Origin: Octopus bimaculoides
Lineage: Eukaryota
Direction: 5' to 3'
NCBI RefSeq assembly: GCF_001194135.2
Contig: NC_068998.1
Coordinates: 23,519,770 to 23,583,769 of the forward strand
DNA length: 64,000 bases
Part shown: piece by piece, positions 37,020 through 49,189 of the stretch
Layout: each line of letters starts with the position of its first letter
Position numbering within the stretch: the first letter of the stretch is position 1
The notes under the pieces: model-generated
Seen by the model: the letters and a program-made list of their open reading frames with translations, nothing else
Databases searched by the model: none
Told to the model about the DNA's origin: nothing
Position numbers and translations under genes: made by a program

Positions 37020-37780
37020 CTCTCCCAAGAATTATATCACATAGAAGTTAAAGGAGGAAGAAAGATGAGATATAAGAGGTGAGTTTCCGTTTGGTATTTT
37101 GCATTGTAATATACCTCGTAGAATTCTTAATTTGATATATGTATACATAATTTCCTCGGTACTCCAGAATCCGTCCATACCTTGCCACAATTCAGTGTGT
37201 AGTGAACGCTAAGTAAAGAATACTATTTTATATTAGTTAGAAGGGTAGTGTTAAAGGGGGAATAAGTTGGTGGTTAAAACAATATAACAAAAATGAAATA
37301 ATAATATAAAATAAAGTAAGGAATATAAAATACTAAGAAGAAAAAAAATAATACACAGATATTCATACAAAAATAAAAATAAGGGAGTCAAATCGGTGGG
37401 GTGGGTAATCTAAGAAACAATAAGAGAAAATCTGGATAGTAAAGTAAGATACATCTAAGCTATTTAGACGGGTTGGAGAAGGGTGGTGAGGAAAAATCTA
37501 AATGTAGAAGAAGATAAAAAGATAAATAGATATAGATACAGAGATCTTAAAGGTCGTAAGGGATAGATATATATGAGCTATGTCTGCCTATATCAGTGGT
37601 GGTTCGTAAATAAGTAGAGTAAACTTGAAATATGATATTCTTGTGGTGAGTTGTCAGTCTAGGCGAATTACAACTTAAGTATACGGACTTATCTATTATA
37701 TTGGTGCATACGCTTATCTAAATGAAGAAAGGGTGAGGGAAGTGGAAAGGGTAATTAGAACATATAAGACCTTAAAGAAT
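37020..37780 (-). mobile_element. Decayed Penelope-like 3' region upstream of the hammerhead
   Basis: Weak minus-strand similarity to PLE motifs (THHKNIIFQVYSTYLRT; YSLLSVHYTLNCGKVW) plus a position immediately 5' of an HHR. Confidence 0.45.
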
Positions 37781-37986
37781 GAATATATTACCAAACAGAT
37801 CGATTCATAAGGAGTTTATTATAAACCTTTGCGGACGGACTTTTGCTATTTTGGTAACGATTGCATGATTTATCTTACAAATACATTTGGTAGATATCAT
37901 TATATGAACACACACACACACATACACACACACACAGACACCCACACCCACACACACCCACACCCACACCCACACACATACACAGA

Positions 37987-38027
<41 letters not shown>

Positions 38028-38519
38028 ACACACATATATATATATATATAATTTCTTAACGTCTTCCTCACGTGGTATTGATGTTCACATGGTCAAAATT
38101 AACGTGAGTTATTTAGACATTAACAAATTTATTAGAATATTTAGCTGAAGATCAGAATAGAGTATTATGTACTCTTAACTGTGAAACAATTGTACTAAAT
38201 TAACTAAAGGCAAGTGTTTTTTACTCTTCTCTATTGTTTTTTGTTCTGTGTGTATCAAAAATATCGCTATCAATCTGGAGTAATAATTTGTAGTTTTGAA
38301 ATCAGTAGTTCTTTGACTGCTATTTCTGAATTCTCAGTATGTTGGAGAAGCAGGTTACTGTCAATCCCTATATATTTATGATTATAAATTTTTACCGAAG
38401 AAGGTTTTTTTCATACTGAGCTACCCGGCAGAATTGTTAATTATTAATTTTATTACTAATTGATGATTTCCCTGCCCTGCATATCTATATCTATATATAT
38501 ATATATATAATGGTGTATG

Positions 38520-40445
38520 TAATTCCTTACCAAAGATGAAAGTCGGATAAAGATCCTACAAATACATACAGACAAATCAAAGTTTCGAGCTGATGAGATG
38601 ACAGTTCACAATAATCCAAAGCGGAAGTCCTCAAACGAATCCAATAAATACGGTAGAATCTCACGTCTGTTTCTGGGAATGGGCGAAGATGTGTCTAGGT
38701 AAATCCTTTTCAAATTCAGTTATCTACATGTCCTTCATCAGAGAATATTCACGGATTCAGAAGTTTAAAGGAAATCATAAAATTATTCATGATATTGTAA
38801 GAATAAGTTTAAGCCCTTGTAATTACCTACAAGTATATAAATTTCATGAATTCCGGGGTTCCAGGTCATTTAAGGAATATTCATAGAGTACAACCTCTAA
38901 GAAATCACCATTCGTCAGTGTTAGTGAATTTTGAGAATTTGAGTCAGTGATTTTTGAAAATGAGATGAGGAATGCTTTATTTCGATTTAAGAGGCCCCAA
39001 AAAAAAAACAAATGGATCATTATGATTTGAAATTCTATAGAAATCCTCCAGCACTGAACGTTTGAAATTTGAAAATGACTTGATCTCTATGATAAAAAAA
39101 AAAATCAAATTAATAACTATTGGACAAGTATAACACCTCTCATGTCTTTGACATCACGATGGGATCTTCTGATTCTTCCCAAAATACGAATGCAGTAAGA
39201 TTATTTTTATTATTCATTACTAAGGAGAAATTCCGAATATAAATAGGGTATTATATAGAGATGACGCATTATTAGCCATATTTGATCTTCCTTTGCAAAT
39301 GGTGGATAAAAGTAGGAAGCAATTAAATAGCTTGATGAAGGAAATTACTGTAAGCGTTACGTCTGAAAATCCCTCTAAGCAAATTTAATAGATGTTACTC
39401 TAAATTTAGATAACGGTCTATTTTATCCTTTTCTGAAAGACAATAAAACCATTCAATATATCAATGTCATGTCAAATCATCCAAAAGGTGTCATCAATAG
39501 TATTGTTTAAGGACGTCAATTAGAATATCTAGCCTATCTGCCATTGAGCAGATCTTTAACATTCATGCTCCTACCTGCAATCTAGCTTTAATGAAATACA
39601 CTATTAGAAATACACTATTTAGAATATAGTTGAATCAAATGGTCCCATATCTAGGTGACCTAAATAGAAGTGTCCCCTATGATACTGATCCTCCTGAACT
39701 CAGGCTCATATATAGATATAATAGGAAAAGCAATCATTTGAACTATCAGACTGCGGGGAACTCAAACTTGAGCAGGCAATCTGGTAATAAAACATCTCGA
39801 AAACTGGATATAATCTGGTTTACCCCTCCCACTCTTTTCCCTTTAGATTAGAAACCTCCCTAATATATTTTTTAGACTAATCGATAAGAACTTTCCCTTA
39901 AAATATAGGTATCAATGTAGATTGTCTTTGAAATCATCCTATTCTAGACCCCAAAACTGGGATTGATTATAGCAACGAATAATAGATTAAAATTGTGAAA
40001 TAAGGTTGATAATAATGCAAGTATAGTTGGGTATAATAAGGGATAAAAGATGCAACTGCCGATCGCGAAACGCCTGTCTTTTAGATGGTCTACATAGAAA
40101 CGTTGTATATAAATGCGAAGTAAGCCCGTTAAAAGATCCCAAGAAAGTATATATAAGGAATACAGTTGAATTGAAAGTAAGGTATAGGGCGCATTTAAGC
40201 TTGTGTGTAAAAAAAGGAATCTAATTATTCAGAAGATCTGGTCATTTATATCAACAAATTAAAAAATAATGATAATAAATACGTTTTAAAATGGTCTATT
40301 ATGAGTGAATCTACTCCATATAATACTCATGCAAAAATTTGCAAATTATGCATCAAGGAAGCCATTAGTATACTACGAACATATAAGAAAATTATTGCTT
40401 AACAAGGTCTCGGAGTGTTTGATATCACGTCGACGTAAGTACTTA
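38520..40445 (+). mobile_element. Penelope-like element (RT plus Cys linker plus GIY-YIG), decayed
   Basis: NNPKRKSSNESNKYGRISRLFL (cf. NNPKCRLINPxKSExGxISK); VFDITMGSSDS (cf. FDVTMGSYDGAE); LYRDDAL (YxDD); KLDIIWFTPP; CNCRSRNACLLDG...NVVYKCEV; KKVYIRNTVELKVRYRAHLS (GIY-YIG); ends LNKVSECLISRRRKYLS. Confidence 0.9.
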
Positions 40446-40787
40446 TCTACTTCTAATTTTTTCTCAGTATAATAATTAGATAAACGTATACATTTTAAAT
40501 TATCTTATTCCACCAAATTTTGAACTCATCCTTATTTCATGTACTAGATAAACGTATACATTTTGTAATTTTTTTTTGTAATTTTCTTACTAGTTGCAAA
40601 CTATGAATGTTTGTTCAATGAAGTCATAATTTTGGATCAGCACGTAGCCGCACATTTGTTTAGTTATTGAATTGCTACTGTTAATAAATTATTTGTGTTA
40701 TTCTTACACTTTGTTCCGCTGCCTTACGGCAGAAGTGTTACAACTTTCTTTCGCGTTTGAAGAGGGGCGGACCGTAATTTTTGTCTC

Positions 40788-41111
40788 ATGATGTATACAA
40801 ATTTAGGTTCTTCAGACCTAACAGCGTCTGAAGAAGAGTTGTTGAGATCGATAAATGATATTGACAAGAAAATGGAAGGTAAAAATGAGTTTGCAACTGT
40901 GGTCAGTGAAAAGGTAAGTATAGAAAGGAAAGATCTCGAGAAATATAAGAAAATGCTGCGTAGGGAGGTGCACGATGTTACGGTGACTCTTCCCAACAAG
41001 AAAACAAGAACAACTAAAGAAAGGCCAATAGCGTACAGAATCCCATTAAAAAAGAAAACAAGAAAATTGACACAGCAACGACACGACAGATGGACAACAA
41101 ATGCTGACTGA
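40788..41111 (+). CDS. Unassigned 107-aa ORF; candidate first coding exon 40788-40913 (donor AAG|GTAAGT)
   Basis: Charged, helical-looking non-repetitive ORF in a locally CpG-richer patch; consensus donor in phase 0 at 40914. No family recognised. Confidence 0.3.
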   Translation: MMYTNLGSSDLTASEEELLRSINDIDKKMEGKNEFATVVSEKVSIERKDLEKYKKMLRREVHDVTVTLPNKKTRTTKERPIAYRIPLKKKTRKLTQQRHDRWTTNAD

Positions 41112-41505
41112 AACTGCGTTTGCATGGTAGATTCTGGAAAGAATTATAACTTATAAGGATGGAACACGTGCTATTGGTTTCATAATTATAGGTTACTCTT
41201 GGATTGGCTCGGTTACTGACAGAATTTGCCTAGTAAATTATTTTCTTTACTAAAAAAATTCGAAACCTAAATGTATAACCGTAAATACAAGGTGAAAGTT
41301 TAAATTGTTTTCTTTCCCTTTGAAATTACTTAAATTTTGTAGTTTTTTTCTGTCGTTTTGACTGTCTCCTAGCATGTAGAAATGATCTGTTACTAGCAAT
41401 TTCTCTTTGGTTAAAAATACACTATTTTAAATTGAATAACATGTCATCTATTGACTTTTTATGCNNNNNNNNNNNNNNNNNNNNNNNNNNNNNNNNNNNN
41501 NNNNN

Positions 41506-41549
<44 letters not shown>

Positions 41550-42611
41550 CATACATATATATATATATATTGCTAGATTTAAATAGGTACTCTTAAACTG
41601 TTTTAAATAATCTAAGAAATATACTGCAGTAAATATATATTTTTATGGAGTTTAGCAAATTTCAGCTTGAGTCGTTATTCATGTTATTTTAACAATACTC
41701 CGTTATACACCTTCTTACAAATGATAAAACTATAATATCTATGTTTGCTCAAGAATTTCAGAGATGAAATTTATACTCTTACATGAGCGAGACGTAACAT
41801 TGTACATGTCGCCAAATCCATACGGCAGACTGATACTCATGTAAGGTAAATTTCCATTTATATTTAACTAGTCATTTCATAACGTAAGAGTAATTTTAAT
41901 GAATACAATTGCTAGCAAAATTCTAAAGTAACCTAGTATGAATTGAACTGAAATATATTGTGCCTATATAAGATTTTATATTATGTAAATGCCTACGTTA
42001 AATCACACTCACCCAGAGAAAATGCATATGCCCAACCATAGATTAGCATTAATAGCATATGAAAGAAATCAAATAGCAGGGTTTTTTTTTTAAATTTTCA
42101 ATTTAGTGAAGAAAATAATGTAATTAATAATTCATATGTGTTAGGCATAAATGAAATTAAATTAGCTCTTCACAAGTACGTGTACTAATACCTGATCACC
42201 TTCGGAATTATCATCTTAGCGACCAATATATTTTTTCCTGCAATCGGCATATTAGTGAAAGGTAATTTAATGCATTATATACAGGTAGACTTCAAAACAT
42301 AGCATAACTAATTAGGGAAATTACCTAAATTATACGTCAAATATACGATTTTCTGATCAATATATAATAGAAATGGAAATGATCGGCTTCACTTGGTGAA
42401 TTTCTGAATTCTTCGCTTGCACTTGCGTAAAGTGGATGTTAATTTACTCGTTGAACTAATATGTCTCCCTGAAAAATAATACATGTAATTTTTGGTAGGA
42501 TTTTTCTTCCACATCATTGAGTGTGATGATACTGTATTCACTGCTGTCTATCAAGCGTGGATCATCATTAACTAATTTTCCCTGTTCTCTATGATAAATG
42601 TTTTTCAACAG

Positions 42612-42665
42612 TTATTCTGCAAGGATCTGAATAACTTCAATACCTTAATGAAAATTTCAAACCTG
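42612..42665 (+). CDS. Candidate 54-nt phase 0-0 exon, LFCKDLNNFNTLMKISNL
   Basis: actaat branch-like site at 42571, pyrimidine-rich run ending tttttcaacAG, donor CTG|GTAAGT; only one frame is open. Confidence 0.25.
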
Positions 42666-42972
42666 GTAAGTAAGATATGTGAATTTGTTTGAAAACTACC
42701 ATATAATATCGTAGTCGTTGGAATATATCATAATACCAAAAACCAAATAAATACGAAATATAACAAAACTAAATAAATGACAAAACAAGGAAAGTTATGT
42801 CTATCAGAGTTACTAGACATATTAGTTTCATATACATCAAAGAACATCCTATATGTTTACAAATGCAAGGGCGCTTTGGATAATCTAGTCCTAGACACAC
42901 TTTGTCGTGAATCTAATCAGTAACCAGACAGAAGAATAAAATACTTATTTGGTAATATATACATGTATGAAT

Positions 42973-43031
<59 letters not shown>

Positions 43032-44269
43032 TACTTATAAATTCCATCACAGTTAGAAAATCGAATATGTAGTCTTCATTAATACCAAAATACTATTCAA
43101 AGCTTTATGCATATATTCTAGAAAGTAGCAACAATATAGCATCAGCAACCAAGGCTAAAAGTCCTCCTGATTGCTGGAAGAAATCTGGCGTCAGCTATGG
43201 AAAGTTTAACGATAATGGCACTAACAAATAAGAAACATACATTACATCGTTCCCATGATTCCCGGCTACAATAAAATAGTAATAACTACAGTTACCATTA
43301 ACATTTCATTCAGCTATAAGTCGGAGTAGGTTTTAAAATGTCGATGTACCTTCGAAATTTATTGTTTTAAGCAAACTAATAATGTAATTAAAAAAAATTT
43401 GGATTTAGAACTGAGCCAGTCTAGCAGAAGCAAACATACACACAATTTACACACGCGCGCCTACGCTCAAACAGACGCGTAATTTCAACGATAGACACAC
43501 AATTATACACATGTAGATACACTAAGACGAATGTACACAGAAGTGCCATTATACACACACAAAATTATATGTATATGTACATTCATATATAAATGTATGT
43601 CTATGTATGTGTGTGTATGCTTACGAGAGAATGTTCTTTTTCTTTTGTACGTGTGTGAAGGTATGTGCATACGTCTCTGCGTTTATGGAATCACATTTGA
43701 GAGAACAAAAGCATGAATCGTAACCTAAGCAAATACGTTAGTAGCTTATTCAGAGATCTGAACGTCGTATTTAATAAAATATATTCAACGCTAGTATATA
43801 CTACCGAATACATACTAGTAACTGGAATATATGAGCAAATATATACATATATACGCGCGTGTGTGTGTGCGTGTGTGTGTGTGCGTGTATGTGTGTGCGT
43901 GTGTGTGTGTTTGCACTCAACAGGTGAGATATTTAATATCGAAAAGAGCTCAAATTAGTTTAATCTTAAACTTTGATGTCCTTATGGAGGACTAGTTCCA
44001 CGCCGTAAAGAATGACTATAAGAGAAATCTAGGGGAGCTGATATTGAGAGTGATTTAGATATGCTTAATATACATGAATATTCAAACAGGTATACGTATA
44101 GACAAATAAAATGAGGGATGCGTGTAGATACACAAATAAATATATTCAGAAAATTACATGCAGTATAAAGAAATACAGAAAACTGAGGGTATGATTCATA
44201 TTTTTTAATTCGAGAACTTCGGAATTACATAATAGTTGTATTGTTTAAAATTGGCAGAAGGAATATGGA

Positions 44270-44908
44270 AAAAAGTTTTCGATATGCAACCAGTAGATGA
44301 ATGCACAGACATTATTGTAATACCAGCTACCTTCGTCAGAACTGAAAACTGGTCTATAGCAGTTCACAATTTTGTGCGAGAGATTTAAATGTTGAATGGG
44401 AGAAGGAGTATATAGGTATAAATGACAAGGAGAGAAATAATGCAAGTAGCTTGGGAGAAGTAAGAAAGAGAATGAAGAGATCAGATATACAAGGGAGGGA
44501 ATGGTGAGTAATAGAGAAATCGAATAGAAGTTGAGGTGGTGAGTAGAAGGCAATAAGGAAGAGGGTTGAGAATGGTCAGTATTGTGAAAGGAGGCGATGT
44601 TGGAGTGGCTTGTCAATAAAGAGATTTATTCAATCAGGAATTCTTAGTTATAGAAAATTAGAGAAAGATGTAATGAATGGAGTAGGGAGAGTAGGTGATT
44701 ACGGGACGAGAAAGCCTGCTGAGATACAAATAAAATAGAGAGATACGAACAGGATACAGAAGGGCAGATTTTGAAACATTAAATGATAGGTGCTGGTTAC
44801 TGATGAAGCCATGGGACAAGCAGGGTATTCGTGAAATGGTTATTCGTGAAATGAGAATGGGATAAAAGCAGAGGAAGTTATGCGGAGCTAAGAAGAGGGA
44901 TACAGGGA

Positions 44909-44943
<35 letters not shown>

Positions 44944-45120
44944 GAGAAAAATAGAGAGAAAAGCGACATGTTTTTGCATAGCAAAGCGGTAAGTTATGGC
45001 TGAATCGTACTGGCCACAGATGAAGCCAGAAAGGAGCAGGGAAGGTAATCGATGAATGAGAGTGTGGTAGCGGCAACGGAAGATATGATGAGGTTTGCAG
45101 AAAGGTACAAAAGAATAGTT
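44270..45120 (-). mobile_element. Penelope-like 3' end (GIY-YIG remnant, pLTR) with HHR-like core at 44277-44339
   Basis: LLLSGFICGQYDSAITYRFAMQKH (cf. LYIGQT...LxxRFAEH); terminal ctgacgaagg...tcgaaa; interrupted by (TA)n near 44910. Confidence 0.65.
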
Positions 45121-45597
45121 AGATCGATCGATCGATCGATAGATAGATAGATAGATATATAGATAGATAGATAGGCAGAGAGGAAAGAAAGAAAATGAGA
45201 AGGGGAAGGAATATGTTACTAGCATACCTTAGTAGTGAGTTGAGGTTCAATTGGAATTTGAAGAAATTTAAGACACTTTATAAAATAGGAAAATGAGTAA
45301 TAAAATGTGTGCGTATATAAAAGATTGCGTCAGAGATCATATTGAGTAACGAGGGGTTGTGGATTCCCTTGAACAAACGCACACATGAATATTATACATA
45401 GGAGCCTCAGAGTCTACGGGTCAAAATAATGTATAGAGAATATTTCGGGAATTATGTTGTGTATGTTGTTACCAGGGTGATTGAGAGATTAGAGGTACGA
45501 CTAAAGAATGAAGTCATTCGAACCCGGTAGTGACACCTGAAATGAATAGTGGCGCGAATCTACATCCTAGAGTGTTGGAAATGTGGTGTTATTACTC

Positions 45598-45643
<46 letters not shown>

Positions 45644-45649
45644 CTACAT

Positions 45650-46280
45650 TATAGCGTAAGACGAAGCCGTCGAGAGGACAGTGTTCGCAGACCTGTTAAT
45701 TACATGCTTTACTATCAGGCATAACTTTAGAATTTATTCCTCCTGTGGACCGGTTAATATGGTGTGTTATTCCCCCAAAAGCTTATTTTCGTAGAATATT
45801 GTGTATCCCCGAGAACGTCGTCACTTTTGCCCGCCTGTAAACAGTTATTCGATTTCAAAGAGGGGAAACTCCAATGATGAATGTCGCAGTGGTTAGATGG
45901 CTGTGAGCACTCGAAAATATACTTGATGTCAAGGACTTTCCTTTGGTCATTGCCTGTGCTAGGATTACGGCTCTGTCAAACAGGTGATTTGGGTAAAACC
46001 AATTCTGACACACGGCATTCACACCGGTTCACTGGAAAGGAATTATTAGAAATGTTGCAGCCTTATGGCATGCCTATGCATCATCAGTCACGTTAGATCA
46101 GAACTGATGAATTCGATGTGCTTTGTGCCCAACACTTTGATGATGTTGCAATTCGTGTATAGGGGCGTGCATCTTCCGCATCATAGTCTAAATGGAATAT
46201 CCCTCGACATCTCTAATCACCTCAGGGATTGCTGAAAAGGCAGTGCATGTAGAAGATGCGTTTGGCAGGCCTAGTGCAAT
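45650..46280 (+). mobile_element. Very old LINE reverse-transcriptase relic (RTE-like)
   Basis: Colinear weak motifs ECRSG...ST (cf. EQxGFR..ST), DLGK..SD (cf. DLxKAFD), LLEMLQPYGMP (cf. LWxILxxYGxP) and GACIF (cf. QGCIL). Confidence 0.4.
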
Positions 46281-47029
46281 GTCTTATAAAAATTAATAAA
46301 GTACACAATATTAAACGCAAACTCTGACCAGAAGAATAAAAACACCCTTGAGATAAATCTCCTTAGACTTGTTGAAACATTAGCAAATGAAAATTAAGAA
46401 AAGGGCGCTGCTAACATAAAACTGTTAGCAAATTAGAGGTATTATGAAAACACTATGCCGATTACAGTATACAAATAGCAAGAACGAATATATGTACAAG
46501 CATAAAATCGTCGGAGGAATACATACGCTAGAAATTATGTCAGAACTCTACAATTAATAGCCGAACAGCGATGGTCTGATTATATTCTAGAATACCAAAC
46601 ATTCAACATCTCGGATACCCGAATAAACATAAACGGATATCAATGGTAATTAAGCGGATGCCGTTATCAACAAGCATTAGAAAAAAATAAACTTATCAAT
46701 TCGCCAAAATAGAAATTGAAAAATTATCCAAATATTAAGTACCGGTAATACAAATAAATTGAATGTGAGTCATGAAACAGAAATAAGTTATCTGAAATTT
46801 ATGAAATAGCATGCCGAAAAATAAACAACAAAAATGGCATACAGAATATAACGAGCGGTACGTCCAATATAGTAATGGAATTGGACATAACAAAATGAGA
46901 AAGAAAATGTTCCTACAGGAGGCACACAGGTATATGCTTTATCGTTGCACGCAACAAATAAATCAATTGCTGTCTGACGAAAATAAAGATTGGACGAAAT
47001 ATAAGAAATAATATTAATATTCTTCTATT

Positions 47030-47160
47030 GTACTGGCTACAAGCCAGAAATTTTGATGGTCGAGACTGTCAATTACATCGGCCTCAGTACTCAACTGGTA
47101 CTTATTTTATCGGTCTCGGAAAAATGTAGTGCACATTTGACCTCAGCGGAATTTGAACTT
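47030..47160 (-). mobile_element. SINE family A 3' half, abutting a family B copy
   Basis: cagtactcaactggtacttattttatcg...tttgacctcagcggaatttgaact is the reverse complement of the family-A core. Confidence 0.75.
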
Positions 47161-47292
47161 GCTTCCTAGCCACATGGCTCCGAGTTAAGTCCCACTGCGT
47201 GGCACCTTGGGCAAGTGTCTTCTACTAGAGCCTGGCGCCGACGAAAGCCTTGTAAGTGGATTTAGCAGGCGGAAACTGAAAGAAGCCCGTCG

Positions 47293-47332
<40 letters not shown>

Positions 47333-47582
47333 AGGTGTGTGTGTGTGTGTGTGTATGTATGTATTATGTGTTTACTTGTGTCTGTGTTTGTCTCCCCACC
47401 TTTCGCTTGACAACCAATGTTGGTGTGATTATTTCACCGTGTTCTAGCTGTTAGGCAAAAATAGACCGATAGTAAAAGTACTAGGCTTACAACGAATAAG
47501 ACCTGGGGTCGATTTATTCGACTAAAGGCACTGCACCAGCATGGCCGCAGTCAAATGATTGAAGCAAGTAAAAGAGTAAAAG
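47161..47582 (+). mobile_element. SINE family B copy, 5'-truncated, with internal (TA)n(GT)n
   Basis: gtcccactgcgtggcaccttgggcaagtgtcttctacta...ggaaactgaaagaagcccgtcg...cctggggtcgatttattcgactaaaggc...cagcatggccgcagtcaaatgattgaagcaagtaaaagag. Confidence 0.9.
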
Positions 47583-47589
47583 GAGTAAA

Positions 47590-47790
47590 GAGGTGGACAG
47601 AGGAAATAGACATAAAACCCAGTTTAGTACAGCTCCAGGAAACACTGATATTACGGACAGCTAGGATACTTAGGAGGGTTCTTGGCATCTAAGGTTACTT
47701 GATGTAATCCAATAAGAGATTTCTTGGCATCTAAATCTACTTGTTGTAGCCTAAGTTTTAGATTCTTTTCTTTTCCAATAGTCTAATCTG
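47590..47790 (+). mobile_element. 3' end of an R4/Dong-like LINE with duplicated terminus
   Basis: RWTEEIDIKPSLVQL(Q)KTLILRTARILRRVLGI* (cf. LQKxALLGTAxILRKVL); ttcttggcatctaa occurs twice. Confidence 0.7.
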
Positions 47791-47870
47791 CTGAGTGTAT
47801 ATGAAAATAATATTATTGATATTAATATTAAGAACAACAGCCACAACAATACCAGCAACACAATAATAAT

Positions 47871-48245
47871 AACAAGATCACTCAGAGAGCGCAAACCTCC
47901 GGCAAGGCAACATCAACGTCCTCTGAACGATTAAACAGAGATGATTTTTAAAATGAGAATATCTGAAAAAGTTCCACTCTTCTCACAAACGAGAATAGTA
48001 AAAATGAATCCGACCGCTCTCAAAATTAAGTAAAAACAAAAACAACCCGGTAAGTAATCCATATTTCTTGATCGATTCCAAAATCTAATCAGTTTGTGCC
48101 AGTCATGAATCCAAACATCCCTGAAGGTTTCATTCAAATTCATCCAGCAGTTCTTGAGATATCTTGACCACGGTAAAAAGAAAAACAAAAAAAAAGCACA
48201 CACGACTAAAAACAATACCTCCGCCTTAGCGAAGGTGGAAGTAAT
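47871..48245 (-). mobile_element. Helentron/Helitron-associated non-autonomous element (DINE/HINE-like)
   Basis: Hairpin acctccgcctt-agcg-aaggtggaagt at one end and related acctccggcaagg...cactcagagagcgc at the other; internal ctcaagaactgctggatgaatttgaatgaaacc (minus) of the type I associate with this class; inserted in AT-rich repeats. Confidence 0.6.
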
Positions 48246-48259
48246 AGTAATAATTATAA

Positions 48260-48353
<94 letters not shown>

Positions 48354-48363
48354 AAGAAGAAGA
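48243..48363. repeat. (AAT)n(AAG)n compound microsatellite
   Basis: Direct inspection. Confidence 0.97.
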
Positions 48364-48792
48364 ATACTAAAAATGAACNNNNNNNNNNNNNNNNNNNNNN
48401 NNNNNNNNNNNNNNNNNNNNNNNNNNNNNNNNNNNNNNNNNNNNNNNNNNNNNNNNNNNNNNNNNNNNNNNNNNNNNNNNNNNNNNNNNNNNNNNNNNNN
48501 NNNNNNNNNNNNNNNNNNNNNNNNNNNNNNNNNNNNNNNNNNNNNNNNNNNNNNNNNNNNNNNNNNNNNNNNNNNNNNNNNNNNNNNNNNNNNNNNNNNN
48601 NNNNNNNNNNNNNNNNNNNNNNNNNNNNNNNNNNNNNNNNNNNNNNNNNNNNNNNNNNNNNNNNNNNNNNNNNNNNNNNNNNNNNNNNNNNNNNNNNNNN
48701 NNNNNNNNNNNNNNNNNNNNNNNNNNNNNNNNNNNNNNNNNNNNNNNNNNNNNNNNNNNNNNNNNNNNNNNNNNNNNNNNNNNNNNNNNNNN

Positions 48793-49160
48793 CAGATGAC
48801 AACGTTTCTCTAAAAGAAATGGAAAAACTTTCAAAATACAAAGACCTGGAAATAGAGATAACTCGAATGTGGATTCTAAAAACAGAAACAATTCCTATCA
48901 TAGTAGGTGCCTTAGGTATAATAAAAAAATATTCAGACAAATACATAACAAAAATACCAGGACTTACAAATATATATAACCTACAGAAAATTGCACTACT
49001 GGGTACTGCACACATTCTACGCGAAACACTTTCAATACAGTAAACATAAGAGCACCACAGCAAACCACAGCACATACCCAAGGCGCACAGAGCTGCGCTC
49101 GGTAGTGAAGTGAAAGCACGTTATAAAAATAAAACTACTGAACAATAATAATAATAATAA
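48793..49160 (+). mobile_element. R4/Dong-like LINE 3' end: RLE endonuclease C-terminus, 3' UTR and (AAT)n tail; 5' part lost in gap
   Basis: PDDNVSLKEMEKLSKYKDLEIEITRMWILKTETIPIIVGALGIIKK...LQKIALLGTAHILRETLSIQ* (K..KY..L RLE motif); UTR stem gcgca-cagagc-tgcgc; then (aat)n. Confidence 0.92.
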
Positions 49161-49189
49161 TAGTAAGAAGAAGAAGAAGTAAATAAAGA

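Noticed and set aside
38585-38600. tttcgagctgatgag as a hammerhead core
   Set aside because: It lies within PLE coding sequence, with no stem II/GAAA in the correct order.
43110-43235. Open frame SSNNIASATKAKSPPDCWKKSGVSYGKFNDNGTNK*
   Set aside because: The acceptor is weak, the phase is incompatible with the 42612-42665 candidate, and no homology is recognised.
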